The notes beneath the pieces were generated by a model. The model searched no databases. It was not told the DNA's origin and worked only from the letters and a program-made list of their open reading frames with translations. Below, piece after piece: positions 1-10,178 of a DNA stretch of 64,000 nt. The DNA is taken from positions 1,408,001 to 1,472,000 of the forward strand of contig OZ240241.1 in assembly GCA_965198115.1 (NCBI GenBank). The letters are read 5' to 3'. The first letter of the stretch is position 1; each line of letters starts with the position of its first letter. Source of the DNA: Candidatus Latescibacterota bacterium (lineage in GTDB: Bacteria > Latescibacterota > UBA2968). The position numbers were made by a program, and so were the translations under genes.

Positions 1-1692
1 TACAACTGGGCGACGCAGTGGGTGGGCACGATGGTTGCCCCTCGCTACTACGCATCGCCGGAAAACCGTTGGGCAGAGCTGTTCTTCGATCACCTGCCGT
101 GGTGGATGTACCCGACCAACCTGCCCGGCGTCGAAGAGCAATTCTATCTGGGTGCGTCCGAGCCAGGCCTGCTGTGGCCGGCGTGGATCGCGCCGCTCTT
201 CTGGGCCTCAGCGACGGGCCTCGCGATGATGAGCATCGGTGTCGGGGTGACCGCCATCTTCCAGCGTCAGTGGACCGATCACGAGCGCCTGACATATCCC
301 TTGGCGGAAGTGCCGCTCGCCCTGACCGTCGGTTTCGATCGGGAACGCGGGTGGGCGCCTTTCCTGGAGTCGCGCGTCTTCTGGATCGGCTTTGCCATCG
401 CCGCCTTCCCCCTGCTCTGGAACCTGATCGAGTACTTCGTCTCGGCGTTTCCCCGCATCGCCCTGTGGGACCCGTACTGGAGGCCGACCGGCCCGCGGGC
501 GATCATGATCCGATTCTTGCGCGGGTTCTCCTACCGGCTTCTGCCCACGGTGATGGGATTCACCTTCCTGTGCGACCTGAACATCCTGTTCAGCATCTGG
601 TCGCTGTATCTGGTCGGCATGGTCTTCCAGTACGGGATGGCGCGCGTCGGATTTTCGGTTGGCATGGCCGGGCAGGAGGCGAACCCCACCAAGATCACGG
701 GTCTGTTCAGTCACGGCGTGATGATCGGGCTCGTCGTCTGGTCGGTCTGGACCGCCCGTGGACATCTCCGCCGCATCTGGCATCAGGCCCGGAGGGGCGA
801 ACCAGGCAACACCGTCTTCCTCTCGCCCCGCGCCGCACTCGTCACCACCGCCGCCGGCGGCACCTTTATGATCTTCTGGCTCTGCGCCGCCGGCATCGTC
901 CTCTGGCTGGCCGTCCTGTGGGTCGTACTGTTCTGGGCGAGCATCCTGCTTGTCATGAAGTTTCTCGTAGCCAGTGGGTTCGCCTACCTCTTCCCGAAGT
1001 TCGGAACCACGGCCACGAGCCCGAACCCGATGGGGGTCTCCGAGATTCCCACGATGTGGACGGGCACGACGGGCATGTCCGAGACGTCGCTCGTCGGATC
1101 GGGTGTCGTTGGCTGGCGGCTACTCTCCGGATGGCGGCTACCACCAGCGCTCCCCCACGTCGAGCGACTGATCGGACCGAAACGTGTGGTGACGCGGTTG
1201 ATCACCGCGGCGACTTTGACGGGCATCCTGGCGGGCGCCTGCTACACGATTCACCTGTGCTATCAGGAAGGGGGCGCGACGTTCGAGGCCTGGTCGCTTC
1301 TCGGTGCACCGCGAGGTCTCTATAACGGCATCGCGACCACGGTGGCAGAAACGCGCACCGTTCCTGACCCGGAGAAGACCTTCGTGTGGCTGTTTGGTAT
1401 GGGAGCCGCTGGGGCGATCACCCTGGCTCAGTCGCGTATCACCTGGTGGCCGTGGCACCCGATAGGGCTGCTGACGATGTTCGACAGTCCGGTTCGAGTC
1501 CACGAGGTGGGCATCTTCATCGTGTGGCTCGCGAAGGTCACCGTCCTGCGCCTGGGCGGCATCGGACTGTATCGGAGGGCGAAGCCCTGCGCCTACGGAC
1601 TTATCGTGGGGTTTGTTTTCGCCATCGCCGTTGCGTGCACCGTGGACCTGATCTGGTTTCCCGATGGCGGGCATTACGTGCACGGGTATTAG
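1..1692 (+). CDS. Polytopic membrane protein, DUF6785/DUF6784-like (putative transporter); 5' end lies outside the window
   Basis: Frame open from base 1; many TM helices; motifs RQWTDHERLTYPL and WWPWHPIG typical of this family. Confidence 0.7.
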   Translation, partial: YNWATQWVGTMVAPRYYASPENRWAELFFDHLPWWMYPTNLPGVEEQFYLGASEPGLLWPAWIAPLFWASATGLAMMSIGVGVTAIFQRQWTDHERLTYPLAEVPLALTVGFDRERGWAPFLESRVFWIGFAIAAFPLLWNLIEYFVSAFPRIALWDPYWRPTGPRAIMIRFLRGFSYRLLPTVMGFTFLCDLNILFSIWSLYLVGMVFQYGMARVGFSVGMAGQEANPTKITGLFSHGVMIGLVVWSVWTARGHLRRIWHQARRGEPGNTVFLSPRAALVTTAAGGTFMIFWLCAAGIVLWLAVLWVVLFWASILLVMKFLVASGFAYLFPKFGTTATSPNPMGVSEIPTMWTGTTGMSETSLVGSGVVGWRLLSGWRLPPALPHVERLIGPKRVVTRLITAATLTGILAGACYTIHLCYQEGGATFEAWSLLGAPRGLYNGIATTVAETRTVPDPEKTFVWLFGMGAAGAITLAQSRITWWPWHPIGLLTMFDSPVRVHEVGIFIVWLAKVTVLRLGGIGLYRRAKPCAYGLIVGFVFAIAVACTVDLIWFPDGGHYVHGY

Positions 1693-1728
1693 GAGTGTTC
1701 ACGGTGCGGCGGGACGACTTTCTTCTCG

Positions 1729-1884
1729 AGATCCCGGCCGGGGGCCTGCCGGGATGACAGAGAAGCGCCTTTCTAGTCAATAGCGACCTGGTCATCCTGA
1801 GCGGAGTCGAAGGGCGTCCAGGTCGCCCAACGCCGACACTTCGACGAAGTTTATCCTGAGCGCAGCCGAAGGGCTCAGTGTGAC
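1729..1884. repeat. REP-like palindromic intergenic repeats
   Basis: Hairpin ATCCCGGC...GCCGGGAT, then GTCATCCTGAGCGGAGTCGAAGGG...CTTCGAC...CTCAGTGTGAC; a related unit occurs at ~54490-54515. Confidence 0.6.
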
Positions 1885-1915
1885 GGCGCATCTCGGCGAC
1901 AGCCACGTCAGAATT

Positions 1916-2150
1916 TCAGACCGAGTATTTCTTCAGCTTCTCTCGATCGATCTCCACACCCAGTCCCGGCGCATCCGGAATGGCCACCATCCCGTCCTTC
2001 AGCTCGAAGGGGGTCGGCGACAGATCCGTACGGAGACCGTTTTCCATCACATCCAGTTCGAGATAGGCGGGAAACGGGTTCAGCGCTTCCGGTTCGTCGG
2101 GAATCGTCGCGATCCACTGGAGCGTCGCCGCGAGCCGAACCACAGTGCTC
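1916..2150 (-). pseudogene. C-terminal fragment of a mandelate racemase/enolase-superfamily enzyme
   Basis: LELDVMENGLR...DGMVAIPDAPGLGVEID; N-terminal part absent. Confidence 0.75.
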
Positions 2151-2407
2151 ACGACAGGCGCTCCCTCCTTTACAAGTACACCGAACGCGCCGCCGCAAGA
2201 GACGTGGGGGGATACTTCACGCCTCAAGAACGCTACGGTGACTGGGTCAACGAGCTTACCCTGGAACAAAAGGCCGTCCTTTACGGCCCTGGCCGCCATA
2301 CGGCCGGCAAGCCACTCCCCTACCTCGAATCCGACGGAAAGAAAACCTGGAGTTCCGGCGAACACATCGGCCAAGATGTCCGAGGCGGAACCGTCAAGAA
2401 ATCATAG
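2150..2407 (+). pseudogene. C-terminal fragment of a phytanoyl-CoA dioxygenase-like protein
   Basis: DRRSLLYKY...ELTLEQKAVLYGP resembles PhyH-family C-termini; no N-terminus. Confidence 0.5.
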
Positions 2408-2551
2408 ACATATCCAGACGGCGAAACGGCTCGAGTACTCATCGACACTCGAGCCGTTTCGCCGTTCTTCCTGACGCCTGAACACTGGCAACCTAAGTTT
2501 GGGCCGTCTCCGCTCCTCAATGCTCAGAAACGCCTCGCCAACACCTTCCTA

Positions 2552-3235
2552 CTACCGAACCAACACCCCTATTTCCCTCGGCTCCGCATCGCAGTACCAG
2601 ATCTCCCCGTTGTCCCGAACCGTCATGCCGTGCACCTCTTCCGGTTCGTTCACGCGGAACACGTCATAGATCCGACCGTCCTTTTCTGTATCCATCAGCA
2701 TCACGGTCCCGGCCGACGTGTCGGACACCCACAGCCTGCCGTCTTCGTTCCATCCGATACCGTGGGCGCGAAGGCCGGCCGATGGGAACGTGGCAACTTC
2801 CTCCCACGTTTTTGCATCCATCACGTGGACTCTCTGGGTCGGGGGACTTGCCACGTAGACCTTCCCATCACGAAACTCCAGCCCGTGGGCGCCCGACTCC
2901 TTCGTTTCTCCAATCAGCTCACGACCGACCGTTATCCCCCGCCCGGGATCTGGATACCGCTCGATCGTCTTTCCCGTCTCAGGGTCGACCTTGACGATCT
3001 CCAACTGGTAGGTCGACGCGATCCAGACGGCGTCGTCGCCGAGCGTAATGCCACTCGAATGCTCGGTATCGGTATCCATCTCGTGAAGCGTCTCACCCGT
3101 GTCCCAGTCCAGCTTGTGGACTTTCAGGTTCACCTGGTCGATCACCCACAACCCGTCTTCCGCCGCTTGGATCCCGTTGGGCTGAGGACCCGGACTCTGG
3201 AACCGTTTGTCTACGCTTGCCGTATACATCGCCAT
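2552..3235 (-). CDS. Beta-propeller protein (glutamine cyclotransferase/Vgb-like)
   Basis: Repeated blades PNGI, SSGITL, AHGLEF, AHGIGW, VHGMT; GAGGAG RBS before ATG at 3235. Confidence 0.65.
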   Translation of the reverse strand: MAMYTASVDKRFQSPGPQPNGIQAAEDGLWVIDQVNLKVHKLDWDTGETLHEMDTDTEHSSGITLGDDAVWIASTYQLEIVKVDPETGKTIERYPDPGRGITVGRELIGETKESGAHGLEFRDGKVYVASPPTQRVHVMDAKTWEEVATFPSAGLRAHGIGWNEDGRLWVSDTSAGTVMLMDTEKDGRIYDVFRVNEPEEVHGMTVRDNGEIWYCDAEPREIGVLVR

Positions 3236-3631
3236 CTCGCTCTCCTCATCGTTCGTGGGAAGGACACGCCAAGATGCAGCAACCGGCAACTGAAGGTCAA
3301 CCTTAATCCGGAAACGTGGTAAATCATAACGGCGTGTCAGAGACACATCTCATTCCCGCCTACTCTGACCCGGCCAATCGCGATCAGGACTGTGGCCATT
3401 GTTACCCCCTGGATTTCCTCCATTTGTACGATCTCTAATTTGAGCCCGCGTGGGTTGTCGGTAGCCACCACCATTGACTCACCACCTTCCCGCTTTCCGA
3501 CAAGACTTAACCTGTTGTTAATAACTCTCAAAAGCGAGAATTCCTGCTAATTTCCCGCATTCGAGACTACCACGTTCTTTTGTTTCATAGAACCTCCTGT
3601 TTCTTCACTATAGGATTCTATCACCAGTTAC

Positions 3632-5007
3632 GAGCTATAATCAAAAGGTGTGGAAAAAGAGAAAGGGCGACCCTACCCTTCCCGTGAGATAGTTGATTCA
3701 CACAAAACCGGGTGAGAGGCCCGGTTGGGAAGGAGGATCGCCGTGAAGGAACATACGCATAGAGCCCCATTGAAGTCCATGCCGACGTGGGAGACGGTTG
3801 ACGATTGGATCCGTGAAGAGATCCAGGGCCGGTTCCAGTCCATTCTGGAGGAGGAGGCGACCGCGTTCTTGGGCCGGTCGTGGTATGAGCGCCGAGCCGA
3901 GGTCGATAGCTCCAGGGGCTACAGGAACGGCTACGGCAAGCCCCGGCGTCTCTCGACGAGCTGCGGAACGATCAAGGTCCGGCGTCCCCGGGTTCGTGGT
4001 CTGGAAGAGCGGTTTGAAAGCCGCATCCTCCCCCTGTTCGCCCGGAGAACCAGGGCCATTGGAGATCTGCTTCCCGACCTTTATCTCCACGGTCTCTCCC
4101 AGGGCGACTTCGAGTTGTCTTTGCGTGCGCTGCTCGGTGATGGCGCGCCGCTTTCGCCGACCTCGATCGCTCGTCGCTTCGAGGGAAGTGGGAGGTCGAC
4201 TTCCAGGACTGGAAAGAAAGGCGTCTGGATAATCGCGAACTGGTCTACGCCTGGGCTGATGGCATCTACGTCAAAGCCGGGCTCGAGCGCGAGAAGGCGT
4301 GTCTGCTGGTCGTGATCGGCGCGATGAGCGACGGCAGCAAGGAGATCCTGGCGATAGAACCCGGTTATCGAGAGTCTACAGAATCCTGGCTCACGGTGCT
4401 CCGGGATCTCCGGGATCGCGGGCTCGAACATCCTGTCCTGATCGCCGCGGACGGGAATATGGGCATCTGGGCGGCCGTTGATCAGGTCTGGCCAGAGAGC
4501 CGGCAACAACGGTGCTGGAACCACAAGATCCTCAACGTGCTCGACAAGGTCGCCAAGCGTGCACAGGCTGAAGCCCGCGCACTGCTCGTCCAGATCCCCT
4601 ATGCCGGCACGAAAAAGGAGGCCGAGAAGCTCCGGAAACGCTTTGCCGCACGGTATCGCTCACAGTTCCCTGCCGCCGTGGAGACGCTCGAAAGAGACTG
4701 GGATCGGATGGTCACGTTCTACGACTTCCCGAAGGAACACTGGAAACACCTGAGAACCACGAACGTCGTCGAGAGCCCCTTTGCTTCCGTTCGGCTTCGC
4801 ACAAACGCCGCCAGGCGATTCAAGAAAGTCAGGAACGCCACGACTCTCATCTGGCGTACGCTCAAGGTCGCAGAGAGCCGATTCAGGAAACTCACCGCGC
4901 CACACTTGCTACAACAAGTCTACGATCAGAAACACTCAACCGAACCGCAGGTCGAAGCCGGGAAGATGGCCGCCTGATTTCTTTTACACACCTATTGACC
5001 TGAGCTC
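3632..5007 (+). mobile_element. IS256-family element type A, copy 1; transposase frameshifted by a 2-bp insertion near 4175
   Basis: Ends GAGCTATAATCAAAAGGTGTG / CACACCTATTGACCTGAGCTC; 8-bp TSD CCAGTTAC; near-identical to 16278-17651. Confidence 0.95.
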
Positions 5008-5132
5008 CCAGTTACACGGTTAATCTTACACACTCTTTGTTTCTACGACCAGACCGGCATCGAGACCCACTTGTTAACCCATGCGCTACACATCCACACT
5101 GACCGATCATCGCCGCCTTGTTAGCCCCCACG

Positions 5133-5513
5133 TTACACATCGTAATAATCCCGTAACGACTCCCACAACACCTCATTCGGCTTCGCAAACGGATGCCGCT
5201 CAACGACGCTGCCAAGCGCCTCCTTGAGCGCCGCCACCGAAAACGTCACGGAGCGGCTCGTGCCAGCAGCACACGCGGCCATCACCGCACGGCCCTCTGC
5301 CTTGTGTCGGAGAATGAACTCAACGCCCCGTCGCAGCACCGAGCCCCTGAGCGGCACATCATCCTCGACCGGCAAGTAGAGCGTCTCGATGCCCTCGTGA
5401 TCGACCGGCTCCAGGAGCGCGAGTAGCGCCCCCACGCCAATGGCTACCAGCAGCGTCCGATCTCGGGCGTCATCGAAGTTGCCGACGCTCAGCCACGGTC
5501 TGATCACGTTCAC
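5133..5513 (-). CDS. Dual-specificity protein phosphatase-like protein, possibly internally deleted
   Basis: CX5R motif CAAGTSRS; LPVEDD acid loop; KPN motif near C-terminus. Confidence 0.7.
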   Translation of the reverse strand: MNVIRPWLSVGNFDDARDRTLLVAIGVGALLALLEPVDHEGIETLYLPVEDDVPLRGSVLRRGVEFILRHKAEGRAVMAACAAGTSRSVTFSVAALKEALGSVVERHPFAKPNEVLWESLRDYYDV

Positions 5514-5534
5514 CGGATGTGCCGATATGGTCTG

Positions 5535-5745
5535 CCCACCTCGCTCTCTACTCCAATCGACCCACCGAGTAGTTCAGCGAACTTCTTCGTAATCGATAGC
5601 CCCAGCCCCGTCCCCTTCTGCACACTGCTCTCCGACCCTTCGGCCTGACGGTATTCGTCGAAGATGGTGGGTAGTTCCTCAGCGGGGATGCCCTTGCCGG
5701 TGTCGGTGAACTTGATGGCGTTGCTCAGCATCTGCTGAAGCCGTG
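5535..5745 (-). pseudogene. Histidine kinase HATPase_c fragment with internal deletions
   Basis: LSNAIKFT fused directly to DTGKGI...GTGLGLSI. Confidence 0.8.
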
Positions 5746-5807
5746 CCTTGTCCGTATTTGCCTCGCTGAGGTCGTCGGCCACGTCTTGGCGTAGCGTGAC
5801 ACCCATA

Positions 5808-5866
5808 AGCCCTGGAACGATGCGATCTCGACTTGCGGCATTTGGCGCCAACACACCATGATAACG
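5808..5866 (-). mobile_element. Short ISCR/IS91-family transposase fragment
   Basis: [19 protein letters not shown], nearly identical to ~11970-12020. Confidence 0.7.
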
Positions 5867-5931
5867 AGTTCAAAGTTCAAAGTTTCCCACCCCGGTCTTT
5901 ACCTTGAACCTTGAACTTTGAACCTTGAACC
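5867..5931. repeat. Opposed heptamer tandem repeats (AGTTCAA)n ... (TTGAACY)n
   Basis: Seen directly; the two arrays are reverse complements and could form a hairpin. Confidence 0.7.
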
Positions 5932-5942
5932 CGGAGGATTGT

Positions 5943-6999
5943 ATGGCCGAACAGTTGAAGATCGGGATGATCGGCTGCGGGGGGATCAGCGGCTCCCACT
6001 TGCCGAATATCCTGAAGACACCGGAGATGCGCCTGATCGCCACCATGGATTTGGTGGAGGAGGCCGAGCGGCCGGATGGACGGCGGTACGGAGCCCGGGT
6101 GCGTGCCGAGGAGGGGAATGCCGAGTATTACACCACGGATATGGACCGGGTGCTTTCAGACCCGGACATCGATGCGGTGATGATCTTTTCTACCCACACC
6201 ACCCATGCCGATATCGTCCTCAAGGCCTGTGCCGCAGGCAAGCATATCTTCGCGGAGAAGCCGCTGGCGATGACGCTGGACGAGGCGCGGCGGGTCCAGA
6301 AGGCGGTGCACGAGTCGGGGGTGAAGCTGATGAGCGGGTGGTGGTTCAAGCATTCGCCGGTGACCAAACGGCTGCGCGAGGTGATCCCTCAGCCATACAC
6401 TATTCTCTTTACCTGCCGGGTCTCGAAGCCGGAGTATCGAGAGCCGGACGATCCGGACGGTCCCTACGGCCGCGACGGCATTCTGGACAATTCGGGGTAC
6501 AATCTGTACTGGATCTGGCATGTGATGCGGTCGCAGCCGGTGGAGGTGTTTGCCATGGGCCACGATGGACAGCCCACGAACACCAGTACGATCGTGATCC
6601 GCTTTGAGAACGGCGGGGTGGGGACCTCTTTTTTCAGTACCGTGGGCACCGGGGGGCCCTGCCCAAGCATACGCAGAGGTTCTGGCCGGTCCGGTAAGTG
6701 CGGCCACCCTCCGCTTCGGGAACCTGGTTTTCGAGGGGACCGATGAACCCGGCATTCAGGAGAATGCCTATCACAACGGGTTTGACGGTGAGATGGGGAT
6801 GTTTGCCCGGCTGTGTCTGGAGGATGGGCCGAATCCGATGGATGCGTGGGAAGCCTGCATCCCGACGTTGATTTTTGAGAAAGCGGTGGAATCTATGCGC
6901 ACGCATCAGCCGGCGCCGGTGGATATCCGGGAGGCGTTTTACCTGCCCGACGGCAAGTTGCCGGACAGCATTGAGCGGTTCGGCGATGCGGGAGGGTAG
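5943..6999 (+). pseudogene. Gfo/Idh/MocA oxidoreductase, frameshifted near 6655
   Basis: IGCGGIS, EKPLA motifs; reading frame changes at a G-homopolymer (could be a sequencing error). Confidence 0.8.
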
Positions 7000-7001
7000 A
7001 C

Positions 7002-7940
7002 ATGCCGTGCTTCTCCGTTGAAGACGAGGTCGTTTCCCTGCCGAGGGGAGCCTGGGCCAGGTCCCACCGGCTGAATGTGCGCTGGCGCGGGCGAGATATC
7101 GCCTCTCTGAGCCAGGGGGCATTCCGCGCCTACCTCTTTCCCGTGTATACTCCCGCCGGCTTTGCCGTGACGACTGAGAGTCCCGTGGACCACCCGCACC
7201 ACAACTCGCTCTGGGTCGGCGCCGACCACGTAGACTGCCGGTTGCCCTTTTCTACGGATGCCTACGAAGAGGCGACTTATAACTTCTACGTCAACGAGAC
7301 GTTTCAGGGCCGCGCTCCAGGACGTATCCTGAGCAGGTCGGTGGAGCACACGGAGGTGTCGGAGAACCACCTCCGGCTGATTCAGACGCTCCACTGGCAG
7401 GGTCCGGGCGAGTGGGCTGCGCCAGAGGGACGCATCCTGATTGCCGAGACCCGGACGATCGATATCTATCCGGGCGAGGCGGTCAATCTGATCGATATCC
7501 GTTCGCAGCTGCGACCGACCGATTGGGACATCCGCATCGGTCCAACCCGGCACGCCTATTTCGGGGTGCGCATGGCCGAAGCGCTGCGGGTGACCGGCGG
7601 GGCAACCCTGACCGATTCTGCCGGCCGTTCCGGCGGCGAGGCGATTTCCGGGCGGTGCGCCGACTGGGCGGACTGTTCGGGGCCGGTTGCGGCCGGTCGG
7701 CAGGCGGGTGTGGCCCTGTTTCCCTATCCCCCTTCGGGCAGTGGGACCTGGTTCGTTTCCGACTGGGGGCTCCTGGCGGTGAACCCGTTTGCGAAAAGGC
7801 GAAAGGAGATCGATCGAAACGAGGTGTACGATCTGGCCGTACGGGTTGTCGTGCACGACGGCGATGTGGAGGAGGCAGACGTTGAGGGGTGCTACCGGTC
7901 TTTTGCCGAGGTGTTGAACCGATCGGCTGACGTCACGTAA
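7002..7940 (+). CDS. PmoA-like/DUF6807 family protein
   Basis: RAYLFPVYTPAG and DHPHHNSLW motifs; ADWADCSG. Confidence 0.7.
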   Translation: MPCFSVEDEVVSLPRGAWARSHRLNVRWRGRDIASLSQGAFRAYLFPVYTPAGFAVTTESPVDHPHHNSLWVGADHVDCRLPFSTDAYEEATYNFYVNETFQGRAPGRILSRSVEHTEVSENHLRLIQTLHWQGPGEWAAPEGRILIAETRTIDIYPGEAVNLIDIRSQLRPTDWDIRIGPTRHAYFGVRMAEALRVTGGATLTDSAGRSGGEAISGRCADWADCSGPVAAGRQAGVALFPYPPSGSGTWFVSDWGLLAVNPFAKRRKEIDRNEVYDLAVRVVVHDGDVEEADVEGCYRSFAEVLNRSADVT

Positions 7941-7953
7941 GGAGGCTGAGAAT

Positions 7954-8727
7954 ATGAAGATTGTGCGATACAGCGCCAATGGGGATGCCTGTTACGGTAT
8001 TCTGGAGGAAGATGGGAGGATTCGCCAGCTTGCGGGTTCTCCCTTCGAGAGCCTCGATACCGGCGATGTGGTCACGCACCTGGACCGGGTGCGCGTGCTG
8101 GCGCCGGTGGAAGCCCCCAGGGTGATCGGGGTGGGCCTGAACTATGCCGCGCACGCCCGGGAAGGCGGGCACGAGCCGCCCCCTTTCCCCATGCTGTTTA
8201 TGAAACCTTCGACCGGGGTGATCGGCCCGGAAGAGCCGATTGTCTATCCGCACCAGGGGGAGGAGATCCATTACGAGTGTGAGCTGGCCGTTGTGATCGG
8301 AAAGCCGGCCCGGAGGGTGCCGGATGCGGAGGCCCTGGACTGCGTGCTGGGCTACACCTGCGGCAACGATGTGAGCGAACGGGTGATTCAGCGGTCTGAA
8401 ATGGCCATGGGCTGTATGCTCATCGGGAAGGGGTTCGATACCTTCTGCCCGCTCGGTCCGGCGATTGCAACCGGTCTGGATCCAACCGATCTGGATGTGT
8501 CCACCCGGCTGAACGGCGAGGTGAAGCAGCAGGCCAATACGTCCGATCTGCTGTTCCCGGTGGCCCGGCTGATCTCCTACATCAGCGAGGCGATGACCCT
8601 CCTGCCCGGGGATGTGATCATGACCGGTACTCCGTCCGGGGTGGGTCCGTTTGCCCCCGGCGACACCATCGAAATCGAGATTTCAGGGATCGGAACGCTG
8701 CGCAACCCGGTGGTTGCCGAGGAGTGA
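7954..8727 (+). CDS. Fumarylacetoacetate hydrolase family protein
   Basis: GLNYAAH, HYECELAVVIG, GNDVSER, GKGFDTFCPLGP, GDVIMTGTPSGVG. Confidence 0.95.
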   Translation: MKIVRYSANGDACYGILEEDGRIRQLAGSPFESLDTGDVVTHLDRVRVLAPVEAPRVIGVGLNYAAHAREGGHEPPPFPMLFMKPSTGVIGPEEPIVYPHQGEEIHYECELAVVIGKPARRVPDAEALDCVLGYTCGNDVSERVIQRSEMAMGCMLIGKGFDTFCPLGPAIATGLDPTDLDVSTRLNGEVKQQANTSDLLFPVARLISYISEAMTLLPGDVIMTGTPSGVGPFAPGDTIEIEISGIGTLRNPVVAEE

Positions 8728-8734
8728 GCGTGAG

Positions 8735-8782
8735 ATGCTGCCGAATTTTCTGCATATCGGGGCTGCCAAGTGCGCCTCCACC
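8735..8782 (+). pseudogene. N-terminal stub of a sulfotransferase
   Basis: MLPNFLHIGAAKCAST (PAPS-binding loop), then abruptly broken. Confidence 0.65.
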
Positions 8783-8789
8783 TTGAGTG

Positions 8790-8892
8790 GATCGGGTACG
8801 ACGTCACTCACCCTTGCTTGCGGCTATCGTTCTCTCCAGCAGGGCGAGCCGCTGAAGCGCAGCCCCGTATTCCCCAGTGTCGTATACTCCAT
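8790..8892 (-). pseudogene. N-terminal stub of an aldo/keto reductase
   Basis: MEYTTLGNTGLRFS after an AAGGT RBS; truncated. Confidence 0.55.
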
Positions 8893-8909
8893 TTGCACCT
8901 TCTCGTCTA

Positions 8910-9905
8910 TCAGGCCTCGTGCAATCCCGCCGCCCGCAACACCGTCTCCTGCACTATAAATTCGTGGTCGAGCGAGCGGTCGGGCGTCTTCTCGCCGCGA
9001 ATATCCGCCACCAACGCGCACAAGCTCTCGACATAGCGCGGACGATTTTCCACCGGCACAGTCTGCCATCCCTTGGCATAGCCATCCCGATCTTCGTCCA
9101 GACAGAGTCGCAGCATGGGTGGCTCAAGCGGCTCCAAGATCACAGTGCCCCGCGTGCCATAGACTTCCAGCCGCCGCGACGCGCCCGATGCAACCTCCAG
9201 CGACGCCGACTCAACCGTAGCCATCGCTCCGCCATATTCAAAAATAGCCGCGGTATTGTCCCGATACCACGGGAATTCATCGTTTTCATTACGCGAAAAA
9301 GAAGTGACGCGGTCGGGCCTACCGAGCAGGGTCACGACGGCGTCGATCAGATGACAGGCGAGAATAAACATAATGCCGCCCTCGCGCTCGCCGCGCGAAT
9401 CCCAGCGTTGCCACGCCGCCTCATCCGACGGGCCGGAGGATATCCGCGCCCGCACGGAAAATATATCGCCCAACTTGCCGCTTTCGGCCCAATCGAAGAC
9501 AAATTGAAAACCCGCGTTGTAGCGGAACATATAGCCCAATTGCACCAGCAGCGTCTTCTCTCGGGCGATGTCGAGCACCGCGCGAAATTCATCCAGGTCG
9601 TCACCGGCGGGCTTGTCGAGCCAGACGTGCTTGCCGTGCTCTAAGGCCCCCCGTGCGAAGGCGAGATTTTCGGATACGCGCCCCTGCGCGGCAATGCCGA
9701 CGATAGTTTCGTCCTCCAGAATCTCTTCTTTTTTAGAAAACCAGTGCACCCCTTCGTAGACCGGATTGGCACCAAGCGTCTCCCGAGCTTCCATGGAAGG
9801 CACGAAGACGCCGCAGAAATCGACCTGATCGCTCGCCTGTAGCACCCGCGCCTTGCCCGCCGCGTGGTCGTGCGAAATGCCGTATTGCGCGAGTTTTATT
9901 TTCAT
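8910..9905 (-). CDS. Gfo/Idh/MocA oxidoreductase
   Basis: GKHVWLDKPAG, GYMFRYN, GGIMFILACHLID; GGAGG RBS before ATG 9905. Confidence 0.9.
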   Translation of the reverse strand: MKIKLAQYGISHDHAAGKARVLQASDQVDFCGVFVPSMEARETLGANPVYEGVHWFSKKEEILEDETIVGIAAQGRVSENLAFARGALEHGKHVWLDKPAGDDLDEFRAVLDIAREKTLLVQLGYMFRYNAGFQFVFDWAESGKLGDIFSVRARISSGPSDEAAWQRWDSRGEREGGIMFILACHLIDAVVTLLGRPDRVTSFSRNENDEFPWYRDNTAAIFEYGGAMATVESASLEVASGASRRLEVYGTRGTVILEPLEPPMLRLCLDEDRDGYAKGWQTVPVENRPRYVESLCALVADIRGEKTPDRSLDHEFIVQETVLRAAGLHEA

Positions 9906-10178
9906 TTCACACCCTCCTTTATAGGCCCAGTGGAAATCGCAGAAATCGCCGTCCTCCCACAGCATCTACGCCATCATCGTCCAACTGCGATCCGCAAGCG
10001 GCAACTCGATCTTCTCCCCCCCACGTCGGGCCGCCCTCGAGGTCTATTGAGCGCACGTCTGTATTACGCTTCGACGTTCCCGGTCTCTCATTGTGCGTGT
10101 CTAACAACGTTCAAATCTGAAGCGTGGGCGTTCGCGCCTCAAGATCTCTCCCTTTCGACTCCCGTCATCATTCGTGTG

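Noticed and set aside
18-1325. 435-aa alternative-frame ORF and similar long overlapping Arg/Pro-rich ORFs throughout
   Set aside because: Shadow frames of GC-rich genes with no recognisable motifs
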